Source: Nitrospirota bacterium (lineage in GTDB: Bacteria; Nitrospirota; UBA9217). From it: a DNA stretch of 64,000 nucleotides. The position numbers and the translations under genes are program-made. The notes beneath the pieces were generated by a model. That model was not told the origin of the DNA, searched no databases, and saw only the letters and a list, made by a program, of their open reading frames with translations. Position 1 is the first letter of the stretch, and every line of letters starts with the position of its first letter. The stretch covers positions 192,001 to 256,000 of the forward strand of contig CAWFSF010000003.1 of assembly GCA_963818475.1 (NCBI GenBank), given 5' to 3'. This document shows positions 20,778-31,450 of this stretch, piece by piece.

Positions 20778-20836
20778 ATTCAATGCCGAGTTCACTCGCC
20801 GCGTAGCGGTCGGCGTGATCGATTCGCTATTTAGGC
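20778..20836 (-). other. Degenerate attC-like hairpin (59 bp)
   Basis: Minus strand GCCTAAA...atcacgccgaccgctacgcggcgagtgaactcggc-ATTGAAT; each end differs by one base from RYYYAAC/GTTRRRY. Confidence 0.35.
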
Positions 20837-21266
20837 AACATGAAAATGTATTTTTCATTCACGCTATTCGCTGATTTTGCACAGTTTCTGAATGTTTGTG
20901 AATGATGTTTGCTACCTGGTCTCTTTTCTCTGCAGGAAGCGAGCTTATCCATTCCTCAATATCAATGTACATTCTTTGGGTATTATCGGACCTGTATTTA
21001 TCCCTGCAACACGTCTGCAAACAATTCCGTGAAATGGATACGAATACTATTGCGGCGGGCGAAGAGTGGTTCGATTATAGATACATTATGCTAATTGTCA
21101 ATGATGCTGATGGGGTAATTTCAGGGTAATGCCGTTGATGTATTTCCGAGTTGATCAGCCTGTTTGGTGAGGGCAGTCTGCTGACATACTGTAATTTCAG
21201 TTGCCTTATGTAATTGCTTGAAATATAATGTCGCCGATGTCAGTACAAAAAAGGAGCATAAATCGC

Positions 21267-23210
21267 ATGGGTAAGAACATCGTTTATAAAATACTTGGAG
21301 TCCCACCTTATGGAAGGAAAGCTCGAGCCCGGCACCGAGATCGCGATCAGGATCGACCAGACCCTTACGCAGGACGCCACCGGCACCATGGCCTACCTCC
21401 AGTTCGAGGCCATGGGAGTTCCGAAGGTGAAAACCGAGCTCTCGGTGAGCTACGTGGACCACAACACCCTTCAGGACGGGTTTGAGAACGCGGACGACCA
21501 CCGCTACCTTCAGACCGTGGCTGCAAAGCACGGCATCTTTTACTCGCGTGCCGGCAACGGCATCTGCCACCAGGTCCACCTCGAACGGTTCGGCAGGCCG
21601 GGCAAGACCCTCCTGGGCTCTGACTCGCACACGCCGACCGGCGGCGGCATCGGCATGATCGCGATCGGCGCAGGCGGTCTGGACGTGGCCGTTGCCATGG
21701 GAGGCGGGCCGTTCTACCTCACCTGCCCCAAGGTCGTTAAAGTGAACCTCACGGGAAAGCTTCAGCCCTGGGTCTCTGCCAAGGACGTCATCCTCACCAT
21801 CCTCAGGATGCTCACGACCAAGGGAAATGTCGGCACGGTGATCGAATACGCGGGCGACGGCGTTAAAACGCTTTCGGTCCCGGAGCGCGCGACCATCACG
21901 AACATGGGCGCGGAACTTGGTGTAACGACCTCGGTCTTCCCGAGCGATGAGGTCACGCGCGCTTTCCTGAAAGCGCAGAAGCGTGAAGGCGACTGGACGG
22001 CCCTCGCAGCTGACACTGACGCAGCCTATCGAGAAGGTGATCGAGCTGGATCTTGCGAGCGTTGAGCCGCTCATGGCAAAACCGCACTCGCCGGACAACA
22101 TCGGCTACTGTTGCCGAGCTGGCAGGAACAAAAGTGGACCAGGTCATGGTCGGGTCCTGCACCAATTCATCCTATCGCGACCTGATGATCGTGGCCTCAA
22201 TGCTCAAAGGCAGGAAGATCGATCCCGATACCAGCTTCGGCGTTGCTCCCGGCTCTCGCCAGGTGCTCGAGATGATCGCGAAGAACGGCGCGCTTGCGGA
22301 CATCATTTCCTCGGGCGCTCGGATACTCGAATCCACCTGCGGCTTCTGCATCGGCAGCGGGCAGGCGCCCCGGACCGATGCGGTCTCGATCCGCACCAGC
22401 AACCGCAACTTCGAGGCGCGCTCCGGCACCAAGAGCGCCAAGGTCTATCTGGCCAGCCCCGAGTCTGCCGTGGCAGCAGCGTTGACCGGCGTTATCACGG
22501 ACCCGCGCGGCCTTGGCATCCCCTATCCGGAGATCAGCCTTCCTGGCGAGTTCTGGATCGAAGATTCCATGATCCTGCCTCCGTCCAAAGAGCCCCAGGC
22601 CGTCTCGATCTACCGCGGCCCCAACATCGGCGCACCGCCCGCTGCCGAGCCGCTGCCGCAAACGATCAAGGGCGTGGTCGCCATCAAGGTCGGCGACAAG
22701 GTCACAACAGACCACATCATGCCTGCCGGGTCGCGGCTGAAATACCGCTCCAACATCCCCAAGTATGCCGAGTTCGTGTTCGAGGGCCTGGACGCATCGT
22801 TCTCAAAGAAGTCGCTGGAGAATAAGAAGGCGGGGGTGCACAACATCGTGATCGCCGGCGTGAGCTACGGCCAGGGATCGAGCCGCGAGCATGCGGCCAT
22901 CTGCCCCATGTACCTGGGGGTAAAAGCCATTGTCGCCAAGTCCTTCGAGCGCATTCACGCCGCGAACCTTATCAACTTCGGCATCCTGCCGCTCACCTTT
23001 GCGAACGAGGCTGATTACGATGTGATCGGTGCGAACGACCAGGTCGAGATCAGCGGGATCATGGATGCGCTCAAGAAGGGTGCGGAGCTTATGCTTTCGG
23101 ACAAGACGAATGGCAAGAACATCGCGCTCAAGTATTCGCTCAGCAGCAGGCAGCGTGACATCCTGCTTGCCGGCGGCATGCTGAACTACACGAAGATGCA
23201 CGCGAAGTAA
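21267..23210 (+). CDS. Aconitate hydratase (short, ~645 aa type); frameshifts near 21295 and 22030-22110
   Basis: QDATGT, VDHN, GNGICHQVH, GSDSHT, VGSCTNSS, CGFCIG, TSNRNF, TTDHIMPAG, YGQGSSREHA. Confidence 0.93.
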
Positions 23211-23236
23211 TCTTCGGAAGAAACGTTGCTCAAACC

Positions 23237-23268
23237 AAAAGCCGCGCTCAATTGAGTGCGGCTTTTTT
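23237..23268 (+). terminator. Rho-independent terminator after aconitase
   Basis: aaaagccgcgctcaattgagtgcggctttttt. Confidence 0.8.
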
Positions 23269-23298
23269 CTTTGCTGGCCCCTGTTCTATTTTTAAAAT

Positions 23299-23347
23299 CC
23301 CCCCTCACCCTACCCTCTCCCCCGAGGGGAGAGGGTAGGGTGAGGGG
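23299..23347. repeat. Perfect REP-like palindrome
   Basis: cccctcaccctaccctctcccc-cga-ggggagagggtagggtgagggg. Confidence 0.8.
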
Positions 23348-23431
23348 TTTTCGTCCGACTTTTCCCTGCCCAAAGGTTCACGGCATTCGTGTTCATTCGC
23401 GTAATTCGTGGTTGATCGCTTCTTTTTGGAA

Positions 23432-23830
23432 CTATATCCTGCTCCTGCACTCCCGATGCCCGCACCTGCACTGCATGCCGTCATCATGCGGCGTTTCACC
23501 ATAGTCCAGAGTCAGCTCTTCCCCGGCTTTGATATCGCGCTTCGCATATATCTCCACCCGGTGCCGAAAAATGCGCATGAAAACATTAGGGCCACAGCTG
23601 TGGTTCAGATGGCGGAGCGCGTTCCCGCGGGTGCAATCCAGCGCATGGGTGTGATCCAGGTCGATGAGGCACATCCGGCACTTGCCCCTTGCCCTCTGGC
23701 GCGCAGTGCGAATGGATATGATCTCGCCGGTGACCTCTCCGATCTTTGCACGGCGAGGGATCCGGGTGGCTGCGAAAACGCCCGTGCCCTCGATGGCGCT
23801 TCGTCCGGATTTTACTTCGTAGTTGAGCAT
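23432..23830 (-). CDS. SET-domain protein (lysine methyltransferase) with post-SET cysteines
   Basis: GTGVFA, RHLNHSCGPN, EELTLDY, CRCGHRECR. Confidence 0.9.
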   Translation of the reverse strand: MLNYEVKSGRSAIEGTGVFAATRIPRRAKIGEVTGEIISIRTARQRARGKCRMCLIDLDHTHALDCTRGNALRHLNHSCGPNVFMRIFRHRVEIYAKRDIKAGEELTLDYGETPHDDGMQCRCGHRECRSRI

Positions 23831-23893
23831 ATCGTGCGGCTTCTCCTTGAAGGTTTTGCAGTAGTTACCGAAGTCTTGGTTTGGTCATTATCT

Positions 23894-23969
23894 ACCACGG
23901 AGACACGGGTCACGGAGAAGAACAGTAGACGTGACGTGGCTTTTCTCCGTGTCTCCGTGCCTCCGTGGT
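23894..23969. repeat. Inverted 8-mer repeat element (CACGGAG... / ...CTCCGTG)
   Basis: accacggagacacgggtcacggagaa ... ttctccgtgtctccgtgcctccgtggt. Confidence 0.75.
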
Positions 23970-24074
23970 TATATTCGATTTAGTGCTGCTGGTCACATAT
24001 GTTGCCACCGGACAAAACAAAACCGCACCATAAGAGGTGCGGCTGGTGGGATAGATGATCCATCGGACCAACGA

Positions 24075-25100
24075 TCACAGTTTCACGTCCCTCAGATATT
24101 TTGCAGCGGCTTCTGGCGGCGTGTGATTGATATAAAAACCGGAGCCGCGCTCGAATCCCTCAACGCGGGTAAGCCGCGGCATGATCTCGAGATGCCAGTG
24201 AAAATCGTCGCTCAGCGTGTGCCAGTGCCCGCGGCGCGGCACCCGGTTCGGAGCAGTGTACAGCATATAGTTATACGGTGGATTGTTCAGGACCATCCCG
24301 AGCCGCTTGAGGGTATGCTTCAGTGTCCGCGCGAAATCCATGGTCTCTTCTTTCGTCACGTCCGTGTACGAGCAGAGATGTTTCTTGGGATAGATCCAGG
24401 TCTCAAAAGGAAAGCGCGGCGCAAAGGGCGCCATGACCAGAAAATGGCGGGTCTCCTCGATGATCCGCTCGGGTGTTGCCAGCTCCTGCCTGATGATGTC
24501 GCAGAAGATGCAGCGCTCTTTGTAATCATAATACGATTTGGCCCCGTCCAGCTTTTCCTTGACGAGCTTGGGTATGACCGGCGTGGCGATGATCTGGGAA
24601 TGGGTGTGGTTTACCAGGGAACCGGCCGTCCAGCCCTGGTTCTTGAAGATGAGCACGTACCGGAGACGGCTGTCACGCTCGAGGTCGAGGATGCGGTCGC
24701 GGTAGGCCCAGAGGACCTTTTCGACCTGGCTCTCGGGAAGGTCCTCGAGCCTGAGTGCATGCTCCGGGCTTTCGATGATGAGCTCGTGGGCGCCGATGCC
24801 GTTCATGGTGTCATAGATGCCGGTGCCTTCGCGCTCAAGGCTCCCTTCGATGTGCAGGACAGGATACTTGCTGGGTATGACCCGCACCCACCAACCGGCG
24901 GTATTGGGCTGCGTTTTTTCTGCGCGGAATGCGGCGATCTCCGGAGGGGTCTTGGCTTCGTTGCCCGAGCAGAAGGGGCATTCGGCAGGGGTCACATCAT
25001 CGGCAGGTTCTTCGAAGATATATTCTTCCGGCTTCTTCGGCCGGTCATTGGCGACAATGATCCACCGGCCTACAATAGGGTCTTTCCGCAGCCGGGACAT
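24075..25100 (-). CDS. galT: Galactose-1-phosphate uridylyltransferase family
   Basis: LRKDPIVGRW, CPFC, HELIIESP, HTHSQ, CIFCD, FHWHLE. Confidence 0.9.
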   Translation of the reverse strand: MSRLRKDPIVGRWIIVANDRPKKPEEYIFEEPADDVTPAECPFCSGNEAKTPPEIAAFRAEKTQPNTAGWWVRVIPSKYPVLHIEGSLEREGTGIYDTMNGIGAHELIIESPEHALRLEDLPESQVEKVLWAYRDRILDLERDSRLRYVLIFKNQGWTAGSLVNHTHSQIIATPVIPKLVKEKLDGAKSYYDYKERCIFCDIIRQELATPERIIEETRHFLVMAPFAPRFPFETWIYPKKHLCSYTDVTKEETMDFARTLKHTLKRLGMVLNNPPYNYMLYTAPNRVPRRGHWHTLSDDFHWHLEIMPRLTRVEGFERGSGFYINHTPPEAAAKYLRDVKL

Positions 25101-25477
25101 CAGCTTCCCGACCTCGCCTGCTTCTCGGTAAGGACCTTGTGAACGATCCGCTTCAGTTCTTTGATGCGGATGGGCTTGTTGATGTATTCCGCAACGCCCA
25201 GGCTCATTGCCTTAAGATAGGTTTCGACCTCGCCATAGGCCGTGACCATGATCACATCGGTCTTCGAGCCGGTCTTCCGGAGTTCCTGCACCAGCTGCAG
25301 ACCATCCATCACCGGCATCTTAATGTCCGTTATCACCAGGTCAAAGGAATTGCCGCCGAACAACGCAAGCGCTTCGGCCCCATCATTGGCAAGGGTGATC
25401 GTGTGTCCTTCGTCCGCGAGAATGGTAAAAAAAAGTTCGCGTGCGCCTTCTTCATCATCAGCAACAAGAATCTTCAT
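25100..25477 (-). CDS. Single-domain response regulator
   Basis: ILVADDE, DLVITDIKMP, VTAYG, YINKP. Confidence 0.9.
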   Translation of the reverse strand: MKILVADDEEGARELFFTILADEGHTITLANDGAEALALFGGNSFDLVITDIKMPVMDGLQLVQELRKTGSKTDVIMVTAYGEVETYLKAMSLGVAEYINKPIRIKELKRIVHKVLTEKQARSGS

Positions 25478-25625
25478 CTGCTCTCCAACCGCCTCTTCTT
25501 TTGAAACATCGTCAGTGTATGAAAAATATCACAAAAACCGTGAATCGTCAAGGTACGGCAAAGGGGAGCGGGGCAGTGCGCAAGAGCAAAAGTTTTCGTA
25601 TTCCATGCCCTAGGCGTATGAAATA

Positions 25626-26390
25626 TCAATGGTTTATGTCGTACAGCAGCCGGAGGCCTTCCAGCGTCAGCTGCGGTTTTATTTCCTGGATGCTCCTCGT
25701 CTCGGGTGAAACGAGTTCGGCAAGCCCTCCGGTCGCCACAACGCGGGCATCGGAGGCAAGCTCCTTCTTCATGCGCTCCACGATGCCGTCCACCAGCCCG
25801 GCATACCCATAGATGATTCCAGCCTGCATGGCGCTGATGGTATCGCGGCCGATGACCTTCTGGGGCTTGGACAGCTCCACCCGTGGCAATTTCGATGCAC
25901 GTTGAAACAGCGCTTCCGCGGAGATCTTGATGCCGGGAGTGATGGCGCCGCCAAGGTATTCTCCGTCTTTGGTCACCGCGCAGAACGTGGTCGCCGTGCC
26001 GAAGTCCACGATGATGAGCGGCCCGCCGAAGAGCTTGAATGCGGCCGCGGCGTTCACGATGCGGTCCGCGCCCACTTCCTTCGGGTTGTCGTAGCGGATC
26101 GTGATGCCGGTCTTGAGCTCGTGGGTCACGATCATCGGTTCGATCCGGAAATATTTTTGGGACATTTCGACCATGACCGGCAGGAGCGGCGGCACCACGG
26201 TCGAAATGATAACGCCCGTGATCTGCTTGAACTCGAGCCCGGCAAAGCCGAAGAGGTCCTTGAAGATCATGGCATACTCATCCGGCGTGATCTGCGCGTT
26301 CGTTCCTACGCGCCAGTTCTCAACGAGCCGCTCTTTGTCGAACACGCCGAGCACGACGTTCGTGTTGCCGATATCGATGGCAAGAAGCAT
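25626..26390 (-). CDS. coaX: Type III pantothenate kinase
   Basis: AIDIGNT, VGADR, VDFGTATT, ATGG. Confidence 0.96.
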   Translation of the reverse strand: MLLAIDIGNTNVVLGVFDKERLVENWRVGTNAQITPDEYAMIFKDLFGFAGLEFKQITGVIISTVVPPLLPVMVEMSQKYFRIEPMIVTHELKTGITIRYDNPKEVGADRIVNAAAAFKLFGGPLIIVDFGTATTFCAVTKDGEYLGGAITPGIKISAEALFQRASKLPRVELSKPQKVIGRDTISAMQAGIIYGYAGLVDGIVERMKKELASDARVVATGGLAELVSPETRSIQEIKPQLTLEGLRLLYDINH

Positions 26391-26408
26391 GGTTCCTCCG
26401 GGAACGAG

Positions 26409-26496
26409 TAGGGTCAAGTAGCATGGAGCAAGGATAAACAAAAATTATCCGGCTTGTCTAAGCTCCTTGCTACTTGCTACTTGACCCTTGCCCCTG
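26409..26496. repeat. Inverted heptamer element at the birA/coaX junction, overlapping the birA stop
   Basis: gggtcaagtagca ... tgctacttgctacttgacccttgcccctg. Confidence 0.7.
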
Positions 26497-27465
26497 TTTT
26501 TTAACGATCGTCACATCCCCTGCCGCGACGATCCGTATCGTATTGTCATCAAGCGCGACCATGAGCCTGCCTTCAGGGTCGATGCCCTGCGCCAGGCCTT
26601 CAAAGACCTCGCCCATGCCGCTTACCGTTACGCGGCGGCCTATGGTCATGTTCAGCTGTTCCCATGCCTTCAGCACTTCACTCTCGCTGCGCAGGAAGAT
26701 CCGGTACCAGTGCTCAAGGTCGTGCAGAATCTGCTGAACAAGCAGTTTGCGGTCTATATTCGCGCCGGTTTCTGCGGCCAGGGTCGTTGCGTGCATCCTG
26801 ACATCCGGGGGCAGCTCCTGGAGATCCATATTCACATCAACCCCGATGCCCAGGGCAATGTGCCGTATCCGGTCCGGCTCGGCGCTCATCTCGGTAAGCA
26901 GGCCGGCCGCCTTTTTTCCGGAGATGAGGATGTCGTTGGGCCACTTGATCGCCGCCTGAACAGAACAGTGCTTCCTGATCGCCGTAGCCACGGCCACTGC
27001 CCCCACCAGCGTGATGAGCGGAGCCTTATGCGTAGGGATCTGCGGCCGCAGGATGACGCTCAAGTACAGGTTCCCCCGGGGCGAGATCCATGTTCTGCCG
27101 AGCCGGCCCTTGCCGCCGGTCTGCGTCTCGGCGATGATGACCGTGCCCTCGGGCGCGCCCTGCGACGCCGCCTCCATGGCCAGCGTGTTCGTGGAAACAA
27201 CCTCGGGGAACAGGCGAATGTCCTTGCCAATGCTCCTGGTCTTGAGCCCACGACCCAGATCGGTCTGCCGGAGCGTATCTGGCACAAGGGTGATCCTGTA
27301 TCCCTGGGATGGAACCGCCTCGATCCCGAAACCTTCGCGCTCAAGCGCCTTGATATGCTTCCACACCATGGTGCGGGAGATGCCGAGCCGCGTTGCCAGG
27401 GCTGCGCCGGAAAGGAAGGCGGTCTTGGACGACTGCAGGAGCTGAAGGATTTTATCTTTGGACAT
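26470..27465 (-). CDS. birA: Bifunctional biotin ligase/repressor
   Basis: N-terminal HTH, STN, QTGGKGRLGRTW, KWPND, GIGVDVN. Confidence 0.96.
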   Translation of the reverse strand: MSKDKILQLLQSSKTAFLSGAALATRLGISRTMVWKHIKALEREGFGIEAVPSQGYRITLVPDTLRQTDLGRGLKTRSIGKDIRLFPEVVSTNTLAMEAASQGAPEGTVIIAETQTGGKGRLGRTWISPRGNLYLSVILRPQIPTHKAPLITLVGAVAVATAIRKHCSVQAAIKWPNDILISGKKAAGLLTEMSAEPDRIRHIALGIGVDVNMDLQELPPDVRMHATTLAAETGANIDRKLLVQQILHDLEHWYRIFLRSESEVLKAWEQLNMTIGRRVTVSGMGEVFEGLAQGIDPEGRLMVALDDNTIRIVAAGDVTIVKKQGQGSSSK

Positions 27466-27472
27466 AATACAC

Positions 27473-27555
27473 CAGGGGATAGGATCCAGGAGTCAGGGTT
27501 CAGGCAATGAAAAAAGCCTCGCCCTGCTTACTACTGTACTCTGATCCCCACCCTG
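27473..27555. repeat. Heptamer element at the nadC/birA junction
   Basis: caggggataggatccaggagtcagggttcagg ... ctactgtactctgatccccaccctg. Confidence 0.6.
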
Positions 27556-28384
27556 CTACTTGATCTTCATGCTGACATCCGCTGCAGGCGCCGAGTGGGT
27601 GAGGCTTCCCGAGGAGATGAGGTCGACCCCGGTCTCCGCAATATGCCGCACGGTCTCAAGCGTAACATTGCCCGATGCTTCGACCAGCGCCTGCCCCTTG
27701 ATCATCTTTACCGCTTCACGCATGACGTCGATCGGCATGTTGTCCAGCATGATGATATCCGCCTTCACTGCCAGCGCTTCCCGCACTTCGCCGAGATTTT
27801 TTGTCTCGACCTCGATCTTGAGGAGGTGGTGGGCTTTCTTTCTTGCATGCTCGATTGCGAGCGTGATACTGCCCACTGCTTTAATATGATTGTCCTTGAT
27901 CAGCACGCCGTCGGACAAGCCCGAACCGGTGGTTCCTGCCGCCGCCCATGCGCACGGCATATTTTTCGAGCATGCGCAGACCGGGCAGGGTCTTCCGCGT
28001 GTCCAGCACTTCGGTATGCAGACCTTTGACCTTTTCGACGTACGCTGCCGTCAGCGTTGCGATCCCCGACAGGTGCTGCAGCAGGTTCAGAGCCACCCGT
28101 TCCCCGGCAAGCAGTGCCCGCGTGTTCCCGAACAAACGGGCCAGTTCGGAACCTGCGTGAATGACCTCGCCGTCTTTCGCGAATGGCGAGAACTGAATGG
28201 CCGGATCGAGCTGGCGAAACACTTCCCTGGCCACATCGATCCCGGCAAGCACGAGATGCTGTTTGGCAAGGATCACAGCTTCCGACGTGGATTCGGCCGG
28301 GATCGTGGCTTCGGACGTAATGTCGCCATGTCCAAGGTCTTCGACGAGTGCGTTTGCGATAAGGTTTTTCAGATTGAAATCCAA
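27556..28384 (-). CDS. nadC: Nicotinate-nucleotide pyrophosphorylase (carboxylating); frameshift near 27915
   Basis: EDLGHGDITS, GERVALN, DTRKTLPG, NHRFGL, LIKDNH, IMLDN, EASG. Confidence 0.95.
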
Positions 28385-28615
28385 ATTTCTATGATCTCCC
28401 GTTCAGTTCTTTCCCGCATAAAGGTTCCCAACACACTAAGAGCAAAGCTTTGACGCTAATAATATCGTCTTTAAAATTCAATTGCAACCAATTAATATTT
28501 AAAGGTATTTATTAATCCCAGAGACGTCAATAAGAAGCGCTGGTAGGTCAGTATCAATGAGAACGACCTGGGCGCTCCCTTGATATGCATGCTGAGAATG
28601 CCCCGGTATTCCTCG

Positions 28616-30361
28616 TTATGGTTTAATCTTGTCGAGTAGCTTCATGAAATTCCGTTTCAGCTTGTGCGTAACACGGACGGCCAGCAGGAAGTCGGTAAAA
28701 CCCTCATCCTGGTTCAAACGGTGCTGAAGCAACTGTATCTTACGGATCAGCGCGGCTGCTTCTTCATATGCCCGATTGTCCTTGCGGTATGCAATAGGGT
28801 CGATCCATTTTTTGTAAACCATTATTGCATCTGCGGGATGATCTTTCTCCCGGACAGCTGCCAGCTTCATCCATAGTTGCTCTGAACAACCGCCGGTCTG
28901 CGCTTCAGACCACGCGGCATCGGAATCCTTTTCCCAGAGGAAGATCTCAACCAACAGGGAGTTATCAGGGCCAACGAAGCCCCATGATCTGAGCGTCGAT
29001 TTCCGTTTTCTCGCTTCAATTTCTTTTCTGATGAAATCCAGCGATTTATCGCGCCATGACTGCCACTGGCCGATTCCATCCGCATTTTTCTTGAGCTTTC
29101 CGTAAGTCTCCAGACTAGCGCGCTCGACGAACTCCAGCCACATGAGTTTCATGGCCTCGTCATGACGTTTGCTCCGGTGATACGCGGCAGCCAGAAAATC
29201 GCGGAGGCGGGAATCAGTCCGCTCGGGAAACGCATTAAGCCCAGCCTCGGCCCACTCCAGGGACTTATCCTGCTTATTGGCCTTAGTGTAGAGCTCAGCA
29301 ATCTGAAAATAATAATAGGCAGAGGAAAGATCGCGTTTCTTGATATCCACCATGGCCTCGACATCGCCGGACAATTCAGCCAGGGTTTCCATGATATGGG
29401 TGATATTGAATCGTCTGTGTGAATGTTCTTCCCGATCTTCTTTGCGTGGTCCCTTCGGCTTGATTTGTTTCCATTGCTCTTCAGCAAGACCGCGGTAGAT
29501 TGTGAGTCCCTTTTTCCCGAGGATTGATGCATACGCTTTCGCCGCGCCGTAAAAAACATCCCACTCGCCGTTCAGTTCTTTCTCAAAAAGGCGTTCGGCA
29601 AGCTTCTCCGGATCAGGCTTGGCCTTGCGACATGCGGCAAGATGTATCTCCTGTAATCGATGGAGCATATCGCCCATCTCGCCATTCGAATCGTCTACCG
29701 ACTGTATCGCGATCTCAACTTCGTCGATCGCATACTCGGCAAGCTCAATGACCTCCGTTGCATGGCCATCCTTCAGCAGATCTTCGATCGTATCAAAAAC
29801 ATTGTCCACGTTCCTTGTGTAACCCCGCATGGCGTGGTAATCCACGAAATCGCCCGGGTCGATGGCGTTGCGGATGATCTTCTTCAATGCGCAGAGGTTG
29901 CGCCCGCCCGGCAGCTTCTTCGCCGTCTGCATGAACAGCTTCTCGCGCAGATGGTCGTCGTCCTGCGCCTGTTGCAGGATCATCTCGACGAGAGCGTCTT
30001 TCTCAAGAGCTTCCAGGTGGCTCTTCACGTCCTTCATCGTGATCTCGGCTTTAGCAGCCTTACTGCCTTTTTCGCCCTTATCTTTGCTTCCGCCTTCTAT
30101 CCAGGCCAGACCCACAGCCACGCAGTGCTTGCAGAATATGTCTTCGTCGCCCATGGGGCAGGTGCAGGAGTGTTCCACCTCACCATCATCAAATTGAAGT
30201 TTGACTGTGTACGTGCGAGTTCCCTTGACCGTGGCTGTTATTGTACCGTTATACTCGGTTATTGATTGAACCAAACCGAGAGCTAAGTACTGTTCTCCAC
30301 GATCGAAGGAACTCGGATCAGCGATACGGCGGATGGCGTTGAGGGTCAAAACAGCTATCAT
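28616..30361 (-). CDS. SWIM zinc-finger protein with long helical C-terminal region
   Basis: SFDRGEQY, VKGTRTY, CTCPMGDEDIFCKH. Confidence 0.85.
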   Translation of the reverse strand: MIAVLTLNAIRRIADPSSFDRGEQYLALGLVQSITEYNGTITATVKGTRTYTVKLQFDDGEVEHSCTCPMGDEDIFCKHCVAVGLAWIEGGSKDKGEKGSKAAKAEITMKDVKSHLEALEKDALVEMILQQAQDDDHLREKLFMQTAKKLPGGRNLCALKKIIRNAIDPGDFVDYHAMRGYTRNVDNVFDTIEDLLKDGHATEVIELAEYAIDEVEIAIQSVDDSNGEMGDMLHRLQEIHLAACRKAKPDPEKLAERLFEKELNGEWDVFYGAAKAYASILGKKGLTIYRGLAEEQWKQIKPKGPRKEDREEHSHRRFNITHIMETLAELSGDVEAMVDIKKRDLSSAYYYFQIAELYTKANKQDKSLEWAEAGLNAFPERTDSRLRDFLAAAYHRSKRHDEAMKLMWLEFVERASLETYGKLKKNADGIGQWQSWRDKSLDFIRKEIEARKRKSTLRSWGFVGPDNSLLVEIFLWEKDSDAAWSEAQTGGCSEQLWMKLAAVREKDHPADAIMVYKKWIDPIAYRKDNRAYEEAAALIRKIQLLQHRLNQDEGFTDFLLAVRVTHKLKRNFMKLLDKIKP

Positions 30362-30464
30362 GAACTTATTCCTGTCCCCAGATGCGATGTGATGCTGCCA
30401 TATGAGATTGTCGAATCATGCCGACAATTGACGGGCTGTTGCCCAAATCACATTACGACGATAA

Positions 30465-30538
30465 TGTCATTCTGAGCGTAGCGAAGAATCTCGCATAAAC
30501 AACATGATAGCGGACCCTTCACTACGTTCAAGGTGACA
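30465..30538. repeat. TGTCA...TGACA REP-like element
   Basis: tgtcattctgagcgtagcgaagaatct ... gacccttcactacgttcaaggtgaca. Confidence 0.65.
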
Positions 30539-30586
30539 AATTGGGTTTGGGCAACAGCCCGTCGAGATTTTACTCCCGAATTTTTT

Positions 30587-31384
30587 TTATTTCTGCGCGT
30601 ATCCGCCATCTGGTTCCTCATCATGGTCCGTAGCGGTTTCGCCATGCTCCACGCCGCTCTTTTCCCAGGCGTCGACCCAGGCGCCGGCTTCCTGGTGCCA
30701 CTCCTGAAAGCGGATCAAGCTGTCGCGGCCTATGTAGAGCGACCGCAGATACTCCTGGTTAATGTCCGCGGGCAAACCAAGGGTCGGAAGCGTCACAACC
30801 GATTCGTGCCCTGCGCCCCCAGCCTTGGTATGCGGACCGGGAGCGATGGGCATCCAGAATGCGTAGCGCGGCAGCGGCTTGCCTTTCGGCGCCTGCCGGT
30901 TCGCCGTCTGTACAACCTTTGCCGAAAAGTCCTTCAACACCGCTTCAAACGACTGCGAGGCTTTCCCTTTGAACGTGATCACGATCGGTTCAGAAGCCCC
31001 TTGCACCGCCGCAAGCACCTGCAAGTGCCCTCGCATGTTTGCGCCCATGACGAAGGCCTGGCGCGGATAATAGGCGGTCTCGCTGCCCTGCCTTGCAAAC
31101 CAACGAAAGCGCGTACGGATCGGGGCTATGCTGATTTTATGCGCCGTCAACGCGTTTTCTTCCTTCCCGCTGCGGAAGATTATCCGCTCCTTTGTCCAGC
31201 CGGGAAAAGAAGCGCCCTCGGACAGATACTTTTCCGGCAGCACCGCACCGCCGGAGAATTGCACGCCACCGAGGGCCTTGAGCGCCTGCTGCCCGTTGTG
31301 CCACTGGGCCACAGGATAAACGGGTACGATTTGCTCGGAAGCATTCGGGTCCACGACATCGTAATCGAAATCAGAGTTGCTCAT
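30587..31384 (-). CDS. Hypothetical protein with acidic C-terminal tail
   Basis: 265-aa ORF with GGAGG RBS; tail ETATDHDEEPD; no family recognised with confidence. Confidence 0.75.
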   Translation of the reverse strand: MSNSDFDYDVVDPNASEQIVPVYPVAQWHNGQQALKALGGVQFSGGAVLPEKYLSEGASFPGWTKERIIFRSGKEENALTAHKISIAPIRTRFRWFARQGSETAYYPRQAFVMGANMRGHLQVLAAVQGASEPIVITFKGKASQSFEAVLKDFSAKVVQTANRQAPKGKPLPRYAFWMPIAPGPHTKAGGAGHESVVTLPTLGLPADINQEYLRSLYIGRDSLIRFQEWHQEAGAWVDAWEKSGVEHGETATDHDEEPDGGYAQK

Positions 31385-31450
31385 AATTCCTCCTTTGGCA
31401 ATTCTAGTATTCGGAAGGTTGGACGGTTTCTCCTCTGAAGCCAGATCCTT

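Noticed and set aside
20840-21120. Short ORFs in the AT-rich stretch upstream of the OMP gene
   Set aside because: Short, interrupted and without recognisable motifs; at most a gene relic
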